A stretch of 15,255 nucleotides of DNA from a virus (Duplodnaviria; Heunggongvirae; Uroviricota; Caudoviricetes): the IMG/VR virus record IMGVR_UViG_3300029843_000046. One strand, written 5' to 3'. The notes under the pieces were generated by a model. That model was not told the origin of the DNA, ran no database searches, and saw only the letters and a list, made by a program, of their open reading frames with translations. Positions 8,815-15,255 of this stretch are shown here, one piece after another. Each line of letters opens with the position of its first letter. The stretch's first letter is position 1. A program made the translations under genes and the position numbers.

Positions 8815-9392
8815 ACACGGCAGCGGAAGCCATTCGCGCCCTGTCGATGCAGATGCCGGGCTTTCGCCGTCAGATGAACGAAGGCTGGTACCAGATACGT
8901 ATTGCCGGTTATGACACGGCACCGGAGGCGGTGTACGCCCGTCTTCACGAACAGCTGGGTGAGGGAACGGTCATCCATATTGTGCCGCGACTGGCCGGGG
9001 CCGGAAAGGGTGGACTGCAGATTGTGCTGGGGGCGGCAGCCATCGTGGGCTCTTTCTTCACTGCCGGTGCCTCGATGGCGTTATGGGGTACAGCCCTGAG
9101 TGCCGGCGGTTTTTCTGCCACCACGATGCTGTTTTCACTGGGGGCCAGCATGATACTGGGCGGTGTGGCCCAGATGCTGGCCCCGAAGGCAAAAACACCG
9201 GAGTACAAAAGCACGGATAACGGTAAACAGAACACCTACTTTTCCTCGCTGGATAACATGATTGCCCAGGGTAACCCGATGCCGGTGCCTTACGGGGAAA
9301 TGCTGGTTGGCTCCCGCCGTATATCCCAGGACATCAGTACCCGTGATGAAGGCGGGGGCGGAAAGGTCGTGGTTATCGGGCGGCAGGGGTAA
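8712..9392 (+). CDS. I: Tail tip assembly protein I
   Basis: 226 aa (lambda gpI is 223 aa). N-terminus MATTNAFCLASP...ARICLHGDLQRFGRR and the hydrophobic Gly/Ala-rich central segment match lambda gpI. It overlaps the 3' end of K by 103 nt in another frame, as in lambda. Confidence 0.9.
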   Translation: MATTNAFCLASPPLARICLHGDLQRFGRRLSLYVNTAAEAIRALSMQMPGFRRQMNEGWYQIRIAGYDTAPEAVYARLHEQLGEGTVIHIVPRLAGAGKGGLQIVLGAAAIVGSFFTAGASMALWGTALSAGGFSATTMLFSLGASMILGGVAQMLAPKAKTPEYKSTDNGKQNTYFSSLDNMIAQGNPMPVPYGEMLVGSRRISQDISTRDEGGGGKVVVIGRQG

Positions 9393-9438
9393 AAAGAATA
9401 AAAAAATCCCGCAGTGATCGCGGACAGGAACTGCGGGA
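9391..9438 (-). terminator. Minus-strand intrinsic terminator: 8-bp stem (9431-9438 / 9407-9414), then a U-run on the minus strand from 9406 to 9391
   Basis: Inverted repeat TCCCGCAG ... CTGCGGGA with a 16-nt loop. On the minus strand it is followed by TTTTTTTATTCTTTTT; on the + strand no T-run follows, so it is oriented for leftward transcription. Confidence 0.5.
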
Positions 9439-9496
9439 GAGTTACGAAGATTAAGTGTAAGGAATTATTCTTATATCACGACAAAAAAATTAACGC
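9395..9496 (-). ncRNA. Candidate ~100-nt small RNA in the I-J spacer, antisense to the late operon (predicted only)
   Basis: Bounded by the minus-strand promoter (-10 TATAAT at 9508-9503) and the minus-strand terminator (9438-9391). The AU-rich body has no ATG in any frame. Start and end are approximate. Confidence 0.3.
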
Positions 9497-9502
9497 AGAG
9501 AA

Positions 9503-9530
9503 ATTATACGCGCCACAGTCAGTTTGTGAA
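9503..9530 (-). promoter_or_regulatory. Sigma70-like promoter on the minus strand: -35 TTCACA (9530-9525), 16-bp spacer, -10 TATAAT (9508-9503)
   Basis: Read directly from the reverse complement: TTCACA-aactgactgtggcgcg-TATAAT, with an AT-rich upstream region and a second TTCACA copy 8 bp further upstream. Predicted transcription start near 9496. Confidence 0.45.
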
Positions 9531-9602
9531 AATGTGAAGATATTCAGAATTTTTATGCCATTACCGGTTTTAACCAACAGGATTATCGGTGGGCATGAAA
9601 GA

Positions 9603-9638
9603 AAACCCCGGTATCTGCTGATACCGGGGTTTCTCTTT
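9603..9638. terminator. Perfect 12-bp hairpin (AAACCCCGGTAT / ATACCGGGGTTT, loop CTGCTG) with T-rich flanks on both strands; possibly bidirectional
   Basis: Left arm 9603-9614, right arm 9621-9632, read from the sequence. CTCTTT follows on the + strand and TTTTC on the minus strand. Confidence 0.55.
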
Positions 9639-9735
9639 AGCATGGCAGAAATGTGTTTCATGCTTTTCGGGCGAAGGATATCCGACTTCTGTACGGAATG
9701 GCAAGTGGCGGTTAATTTATTCAGGGGAAGGCTGT

Positions 9736-12700
9736 ATGGGAAAAGGTGGCGGTAAGGCACACACGCCTCGTGAGGCGAAGGATAATCTCAAATCCACGCA
9801 GATGATGAGCGTGATTGATGCGATTGGTGAGGGACCGATAGAAGGTCCGGTGAAGGGACTGCAGAGTATCCTGGTGAACAAAACCCCGCTGACGGACACG
9901 GACGGTAATCCCGTGATACACGGTGTGACGGCGGTCTGGCGCGCCGGGGAGCAGGAGCAGACACCACCGGAAGGCTTTGAGTCCTCCGGAGCTGAAACCG
10001 GACTGGGCGTGGAAGTGACGAAGGCAAAACCGGTGACGCGCACCATTACGTCCGCGAACATTGACCGCCTGCGGGTTACCTTCGGGGTGCAGTCACTGGT
10101 GCAGACCACGTCAAAGGGCGACCGTAATCCTTCCTCTGTCCGGATTCTGATTCAGTTACAGAGTAATGGCCGCTGGGTGACGGAAAAGGATGTCACCATT
10201 AACGGCAAGACCACCTCGCAGTTCCTGGCGTCGGTGATTCTGGATAATCTGCCGCCCCGCCCCTTTAACATCCGGATGGTCCGGGAGACGGCGGACAGCA
10301 CCACGGACCAGTTGCAGAATAAGACGCTCTGGTCGTCATACACCGAAATCATCGATGTGAAACAGTGCTACCCGAACACGGCGATTGTGGGCCTGCAGGT
10401 GGATGCGGAGCAGTTTGGTGGTCAGCAGATGGCTGTGAACTACCATATCCGCGGTCGCATCATTCAGGTGCCGTCAAACTATGACCCGGAAAAACGCACG
10501 TACAGTGGTATCTGGGACGGCAGCCTGAAACCGGCATACAGCAACAATCCGGCCTGGTGTCTGTGGGACATGCTGACTCACCCGCGCTACGGCATGGGAA
10601 AACGTCTGGGGGCGGCGGATGTGGACAAGTGGGCGCTGTATGCCATCGGGCAGTACTGCGACCAGACGGTCCCGGATGGTTTCGGGGGGACCGAGCCGCG
10701 GATGACCTTTAATGCGTACCTGGCACAACAGCGTAAGGCGTGGGACGTTCTCAGTGATTTCTGCTCTGCGATGCGCTGTATGCCGGTATGGAACGGTCAG
10801 ACGCTGACGTTTGTTCAGGACCGCCCGTCGGATGTGGTGTGGCCGTACACCAACAGCGATGTGGTGGTGGATGATAACGGCGTGGGGTTCCGCTACAGCT
10901 TCAGTGCCCTGAAGGACCGGCACACGGCGGTGGAGGTGAATTACACCGACCCGCAGAACGGGTGGCAGACCTCCACGGAACTGGTGGAAGACCCGGAAGC
11001 CATACTGCGCTACGGACGCAACCTGCTGAAGATGGACGCGTTCGGCTGTACCAGCCGCGGTCAGGCCCACCGTGCCGGACTGTGGGTGATAAAGACCGAA
11101 CTGCTGGAAACGCAGACGGTGGATTTCACGCTCGGGTCTCAGGGGCTGCGGCACACACCCGGTGACATCATTGAAATCTGTGATAACGACTATGCCGGAA
11201 CCCTGACCGGCGGACGTGTCCTGTCCATCGATGCCGCCACCCGCACCCTGACGCTGGACCGTGAAGTGACACTTCCGGAGACCGGTGCCGCCACGGTGAA
11301 CCTGATTAACGGTAGCGGTAAGCCGGTGAGTGTGGACATCACCGCACACCCCGCGCCGGACCGGATACAGGTCAGTACCCTGCCTGATGGTGTGGAGACA
11401 TACGGGGTGTGGGGACTCTCCCTGCCGTCACTGCGCCGTCGCCTGTTCCGCTGTGTCTCCGTCCGGGAAAACACGGACGGCACCTTTGCCATCACGGCGG
11501 TGCAGCACGTACCGGAAAAAGAAGCCATCGTGGATAACGGGGCCCGCTTTGAGCCGCAGTCAGGCACCCTGAACAGCGTTATCCCACCGGCAGTGCAGCA
11601 CCTGACGGTGGAGGTGAGCGCAGCTGACGGCCAGTATCTGGCGCGGGCGAAATGGGACACGCCGCGGGTGGTGAAGGGCGTGCGCTTCAGTCTGCGCCTG
11701 ACCAGTGGTAAGGGAACGGATGCCAGACTGGTGACCACCGCTATCACCGCAGACACGGAGCACCGTTTCAGCGGCCTGCCGCTCGGGGAATACACCCTGA
11801 CGGTGCGGGCGATAAACAGCTATGGCCAGCAGGGTGAACCCGCCACCACCACCTTCCGGATTAACGCGCCAGCAAAACCCGCCACCATTGAGCTGACGCC
11901 GGGGTATTTTCAGATAACGGCGGTCCCGCGTCTTGCGGTGTATGACCCGACGGTACAGTTTGAACTCTGGTTCTCAGAAAAACGCATCACGAACACGGCA
12001 CAGGTGGAAAAATCTGCCCGTTATCTGGGGACCGGCAGTCAGTGGACTGTCCAGGGGAGCCGGATTAAGCCGGGGACGGATTTCTGGTTTTACGTGCGCA
12101 GCGTCAACCTGGTGGGAAAATCTGCTTTTGTGGAAGCCAGCGGGCAGCCCAGCAATGATGGTGAAGGGTATCTGGAAATTTTCCGGGGGCTGATAGATGA
12201 GACGCTGCTGGGCCAGGCACTGAAAAAGCGCATTGATGCTTCAGCGCTGCGTACGGAGGTCACGCAACTGGAAGAAGATATCCGTCAGCGGATGGACACG
12301 GATATCGCAGAAGTGACCCGGAAAATCGGGAAGGCGGAAAACAGCCTCACGCAGCTGGTTGCGAAAAAGAATGAGGACCAGACACTGGCCATCGCGCAGG
12401 TGAGCCAGAAAGTGGACCGGGTGAGCAGTGAAATCTCACAGACTGTCAGCCAGGGGCAGTCAGAAAACGCCCGACAGATAGCACAGGTCCGCCAGTACGT
12501 GGATAAAAAAGGGAGTGAAATTACCTCGACCACGGATAAAAAGCTGGGTGACCAGGCCGTGACCATACAGCAAATCCAGCGGGTTCAGTCAGACACGCGC
12601 AATGAGCTGAATGCCATGTATATGCTGAAGGTGCAGAAAACAAAAAACGGTATTCCCTATGTGGCCGGGATTGGTGCGGGGATTGAGGATGTTGATGGTC

Positions 12701-13428
12701 AGACCCTGAGTAACATTCTGCTGCAGGCCGATCGCATTGCGATGATTACCCCGGAGAACGGCAACACCACGCCGCTGTTTGTGGCGCAGGGGAATCAGCT
12801 GTTCATGAACGACGTGTTCCTGAAGCGACTGTTTGCGGTGAGCATCACGTCATCCGGCAATCCTCCTACGTTTTCCCTGACGCCGGATGGCAGGCTGGCA
12901 GCCCGCAATGCGGATATCAGTGGAGCCATCACGGCGAATACCGGCACGCTCAATAATGTCACCATTAACGAGAACTGTGTCATCAGAGGGAAACTGTCTG
13001 CAAACCAGATTGAAGGCGATCTCGTTAAAACAGTGGGTAAGGCTTTCCCCCGTGACTCCCGTGCACCGGAGAGGTGGCCATCAGGGACCATTACCGTCAG
13101 GGTTTATGACGATCAGCCGTTTGACCGGCAAATTGTTATTCCGGCGGTGGCATTCAGCGGTGCCAGACATGAGCGGGAGAATAACGATATTTATTCGTCA
13201 TGCCGCCTGATAGTACGGAAAAACGGTGCTGAAATTTATAACCGTACCGCGCTGGATAATACGCTGGTTTACAGTGGTGTTATTGATATGCCTGCTGGTC
13301 GCGGCCACATGACGCTGGAGTTTTCTGTATCAGCATGGTGGGTAAATGGCTGGTATCCCACAGCAAGTATCAGCGATTTGCTGGTTGTTGTGATGAAGAA
13401 AGCCACTGCAGGCATCACGATTAGCTGA
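9736..13428 (+). CDS. J: Central tail fibre / host specificity protein J
   Basis: 1230 aa with AGGGGAAGG ribosome-binding site. N-terminus [22 protein letters not shown] and long blocks ([96 protein letters not shown], the C-terminal block ending [17 protein letters not shown]...[19 protein letters not shown]) match lambda gpJ as I recall it. Confidence 0.95.
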   Translation: MGKGGGKAHTPREAKDNLKSTQMMSVIDAIGEGPIEGPVKGLQSILVNKTPLTDTDGNPVIHGVTAVWRAGEQEQTPPEGFESSGAETGLGVEVTKAKPVTRTITSANIDRLRVTFGVQSLVQTTSKGDRNPSSVRILIQLQSNGRWVTEKDVTINGKTTSQFLASVILDNLPPRPFNIRMVRETADSTTDQLQNKTLWSSYTEIIDVKQCYPNTAIVGLQVDAEQFGGQQMAVNYHIRGRIIQVPSNYDPEKRTYSGIWDGSLKPAYSNNPAWCLWDMLTHPRYGMGKRLGAADVDKWALYAIGQYCDQTVPDGFGGTEPRMTFNAYLAQQRKAWDVLSDFCSAMRCMPVWNGQTLTFVQDRPSDVVWPYTNSDVVVDDNGVGFRYSFSALKDRHTAVEVNYTDPQNGWQTSTELVEDPEAILRYGRNLLKMDAFGCTSRGQAHRAGLWVIKTELLETQTVDFTLGSQGLRHTPGDIIEICDNDYAGTLTGGRVLSIDAATRTLTLDREVTLPETGAATVNLINGSGKPVSVDITAHPAPDRIQVSTLPDGVETYGVWGLSLPSLRRRLFRCVSVRENTDGTFAITAVQHVPEKEAIVDNGARFEPQSGTLNSVIPPAVQHLTVEVSAADGQYLARAKWDTPRVVKGVRFSLRLTSGKGTDARLVTTAITADTEHRFSGLPLGEYTLTVRAINSYGQQGEPATTTFRINAPAKPATIELTPGYFQITAVPRLAVYDPTVQFELWFSEKRITNTAQVEKSARYLGTGSQWTVQGSRIKPGTDFWFYVRSVNLVGKSAFVEASGQPSNDGEGYLEIFRGLIDETLLGQALKKRIDASALRTEVTQLEEDIRQRMDTDIAEVTRKIGKAENSLTQLVAKKNEDQTLAIAQVSQKVDRVSSEISQTVSQGQSENARQIAQVRQYVDKKGSEITSTTDKKLGDQAVTIQQIQRVQSDTRNELNAMYMLKVQKTKNGIPYVAGIGAGIEDVDGQTLSNILLQADRIAMITPENGNTTPLFVAQGNQLFMNDVFLKRLFAVSITSSGNPPTFSLTPDGRLAARNADISGAITANTGTLNNVTINENCVIRGKLSANQIEGDLVKTVGKAFPRDSRAPERWPSGTITVRVYDDQPFDRQIVIPAVAFSGARHERENNDIYSSCRLIVRKNGAEIYNRTALDNTLVYSGVIDMPAGRGHMTLEFSVSAWWVNGWYPTASISDLLVVVMKKATAGITIS

Positions 13429-13446
13429 ATTTTATAACCCCAATAC

Positions 13447-13472
13447 GGGCGCCAGAAATGGCGCCTTTTTTA
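13447..13472 (+). terminator. Intrinsic terminator downstream of J (7-bp stem GGCGCCA/TGGCGCC, GAAA loop, then TTTTTTATT)
   Basis: Stem 13448-13454 / 13459-13465 with a GAAA tetraloop and a T-run at 13466-13472, read from the sequence. Confidence 0.7.
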
Positions 13473-13495
13473 TTGCAGAAAAGCGAGAGGTAATT

Positions 13496-14095
13496 ATGCG
13501 TAAATTATGTGCTGTTATTCTGTCCGCAGTAGTCTGGCTGGTTGCCGCTGGTACGCCAGCGAGCGCAGCAGAGCATCAGTCCACACTAAGCGCCGGGTAT
13601 CTTCAGACCCACACTGATATGCCAGGCAGCGATAATCTGAACGGGATTAACGTGAAATACCGTTATGAGTTTACGGACGCGCTGGGGCTGATTACGTCCT
13701 TCAGTTATGCCAATGCTGAGGATGAGCAAAAAACGCACTACAGCGATACCCGCTGGCATGAAGATTCCGTGCGTAACCGCTGGTTCAGCGTGATGGCGGG
13801 GCCATCTGTACGCGTGAATGAATGGTTCAGTGCTTATGCGATGGCAGGTGTGGCTTACAGCCGTGTGTCGACGTTCTCCGGGGATTATCTCCGCGTAACT
13901 GACAACAAGGGGAAAACGCACGATGTGCTGACCGGAAGTGATGACGATCGCCACAGCAACACGTCTCTGGCGTGGGGAGCTGGCGTGCAGTTTAACCCGA
14001 CCGAATCCGTGACCATTGATATTGCTTATGAAGGTTCCGGTAGTGGCGACTGGCGAACGGATGCATTTATTGTTGGTATCGGATACCGTTTCTGA
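13496..14095 (+). CDS. lom: Lom outer-membrane protein (Ail/Lom/PagC/OmpX family 8-strand beta-barrel); moron
   Basis: 199 aa with a signal peptide (MRKLCAVILSAVVWLVAAGTPASA then AE) and a C-terminal beta-barrel signature (DIAYEGSGSGDWRTDAFIVGIGYRF) ending in Phe. Conserved blocks (NGINVKYRYE, VMAGP, SAYAMAGVA) match lambda Lom as I recall it. It lies between J and stf, as in lambda. Confidence 0.9.
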   Translation: MRKLCAVILSAVVWLVAAGTPASAAEHQSTLSAGYLQTHTDMPGSDNLNGINVKYRYEFTDALGLITSFSYANAEDEQKTHYSDTRWHEDSVRNRWFSVMAGPSVRVNEWFSAYAMAGVAYSRVSTFSGDYLRVTDNKGKTHDVLTGSDDDRHSNTSLAWGAGVQFNPTESVTIDIAYEGSGSGDWRTDAFIVGIGYRF

Positions 14096-14199
14096 CAACA
14101 GACGCCGATTTATCTTCTGTAAATATTGTTATGATACGCAGGTTCATCCGCCTTATGGGGTGAACTGCGTTTGAGGAAACGTAAAGTTACACTGTCCTG

Positions 14200-14233
14200 A
14201 AGCCCGTGGCGTCACTGCTGCGGGCTTTTTTTA
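14200..14233 (+). terminator. Intrinsic terminator between lom and stf (stem AAGCCCG / CGGGCTT, then T-run)
   Basis: Inverted repeat 14200-14206 / 14221-14227 with a 14-nt loop, followed by a run of T's; read from the sequence. Confidence 0.6.
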
Positions 14234-14246
14234 TTGGTGGAAAAGT

Positions 14247-15255
14247 ATGACAGTAAAAATTTCTGGCGTGCTTAAAGATGGCACAGGAAAACCAGTACAG
14301 AACTGCACCATTGTGCTGAAGGCCAGACGGACCAGCAGCACGGTGGTGGTGAACACGGTGGCCTCTGAAAATCCGGATGAAGCCGGGCGTTACAGCATGG
14401 ATGTTGAGTATGGCCAGTACAGCGTCACCCTGCTGGTTGAAGATTTTCCGCCTTCACATGCCGGGACCATTACCGTCTATGAAGGTTCCAGACCAGGTAC
14501 GCTGAATGATTTTCTCGGCGCCATGACGGAGGATGATGTTCGTCCGGAGGCACTGCGCCGTTTTGAGCTGATGGTGAATGAAGTGGCACGTCATGCCGGA
14601 GCGTCATCACAGAGTGCAGCGGCGGCAAAGAAATCCGAAACGGCAGCAGCCTCATCGAAGAATGCGGCGAAAACCTCAGAAACGAATGCAGCTAACAGCG
14701 CACAGGCGGCAGCGGCCTCGCAGACTGCATCGGCAAACTCCGCGACAGCAGCCAAAAAATCAGAAACCAGCGCGAAAAATAGCGAGACAGCCACAAAGGC
14801 CAGCGAAAAAAACGCAAAATCCAGCCAGACGGCAGCGAAAACCAGTGAGACGAATGCCAAAGACAGTGAAGCCAACGCAAAGGTGAGCGAAACAGCGGCG
14901 GCGAACTCGGCGAAAGCATCGGCAGCAAGCCAGACGGCAGCAAAAGCAAGTGAAGATGCTGCCAGAGAATACGCAAACCAGACAGCAGAGCCGTACAGAT
15001 ATGTTTTACAGCCGCTGCCGGATGTGTGGATACCCTTTAATGATTCGCTGGATATGATTACGGGCTATTCTCCGGGTTATAAAAAAGTGAAGATTGGTGA
15101 TAATGTGGTTCAGGTTGCCAGTGATAAACAGGTTAATTTCAGTCGCGCATCAACGGCAACATATATCAACAAATCTGGCGAACTGAAAACGGCGGAAATT
15201 AATGAGCCGCGATTTGAGTGTGATGGCCTGCTTATTGAGGGACAAAGAACGAACT
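14247..15255 (+). CDS. stf: Side tail fibre protein Stf, 5' portion (truncated by window end)
   Basis: ATG at 14247; the frame is open for 336 codons to the window edge. It is absent from the ORF track because it has no stop in the window. N-terminus MTVKISGVLKDGTGKPVQNCTI...GRYSMDVEYGQYSV...FPPSHAGTITVYE matches lambda Stf (orf-401) as I recall it, followed by an Ala/Ser/Thr/Lys/Glu-rich quasi-repetitive shaft. Confidence 0.85.
   Translation, partial: MTVKISGVLKDGTGKPVQNCTIVLKARRTSSTVVVNTVASENPDEAGRYSMDVEYGQYSVTLLVEDFPPSHAGTITVYEGSRPGTLNDFLGAMTEDDVRPEALRRFELMVNEVARHAGASSQSAAAAKKSETAAASSKNAAKTSETNAANSAQAAAASQTASANSATAAKKSETSAKNSETATKASEKNAKSSQTAAKTSETNAKDSEANAKVSETAAANSAKASAASQTAAKASEDAAREYANQTAEPYRYVLQPLPDVWIPFNDSLDMITGYSPGYKKVKIGDNVVQVASDKQVNFSRASTATYINKSGELKTAEINEPRFECDGLLIEGQRTN

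Noticed and set aside
9414-9755. 113-aa + strand ORF filling the I-J spacer
   Set aside because: It reads straight through both hairpins, has no convincing ribosome-binding site or start context, has an odd composition, and runs into the J start. The first in-frame ATG is deep inside. Most likely non-coding.
9476-9760. 94-aa minus-strand ORF in the I-J spacer (including a 62-aa version from an internal ATG near 9662)
   Set aside because: It spans the 12-bp hairpin and the predicted promoter, lacks a ribosome-binding site, and overlaps the J start in antisense. A small protein cannot be fully excluded, but the promoter and terminator layout fits a non-coding RNA better.
10474-11795. Long minus-strand ORFs inside J (10474..11349, 291 aa; 11190..11795, 201 aa)
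   Set aside because: Antisense to J, Arg/Pro/Val/Gly-rich low-complexity translations, with no independent signals. Artefacts of high GC and codon bias.
14131-14163. 10-codon mini-ORF (MIRRFIRLMG) in the lom-stf spacer
   Set aside because: Too short, with no ribosome-binding site; it coincides with the predicted stem-loop. Treated as non-coding.
14578-14976. ORFs in alternative frames and on the minus strand across the stf repeat region (14578..14886 +, 14591..14875 -, 14692..14976 -)
   Set aside because: They are produced by the low-complexity repetitive DNA of the Stf shaft. Translations are Arg/Pro/Gln-rich or Ala/Phe-rich and lie inside the open stf frame.
1-15255. CRISPR arrays, tRNA or rRNA genes, integrase or transposase, toxin-antitoxin or other defence operon
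   Set aside because: No regularly spaced direct repeats, no cloverleaf-like sequences and no recognisable catalytic motifs for these classes were seen. The window is almost fully occupied by contiguous, colinear lambda-type structural genes, leaving only the I-J and lom-flanking spacers as accessory space.

Overview
This window is the late morphogenetic (head-distal and tail) module of a lambda-like siphovirus, most likely an enterobacterial lambdoid prophage. Gene order on the + strand is colinear with the lambda left arm: 3' end of an upstream head gene, E (major capsid), FI, FII, Z, U, V, G and G-T (with the -1 frameshift site), H (tape measure), M, L, K, I, J (central tail fibre), the lom moron, and the 5' part of stf (side tail fibre), which runs off the window end. 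Assignments rest on my own reading of the translations against remembered lambda proteins; no search was run. I found no CRISPR array, tRNA, rRNA, integrase, transposase or recognisable defence operon. The part least explained by the lambda template is an AT-rich, roughly 340-bp insert between I and J. It carries a minus-strand sigma70-like promoter (TTCACA, 16 bp, TATAAT) followed about 60 nt downstream by a hairpin plus U-run, so it is a candidate ~100-nt antisense small RNA, plus a separate 12-bp hairpin. Smaller points are an extended lom-stf spacer with promoter-like and structured elements, a longer J than lambda's, and a divergent distal Stf domain. The long minus-strand ORFs inside H, J, L and K are rejected as GC-rich antisense artefacts.
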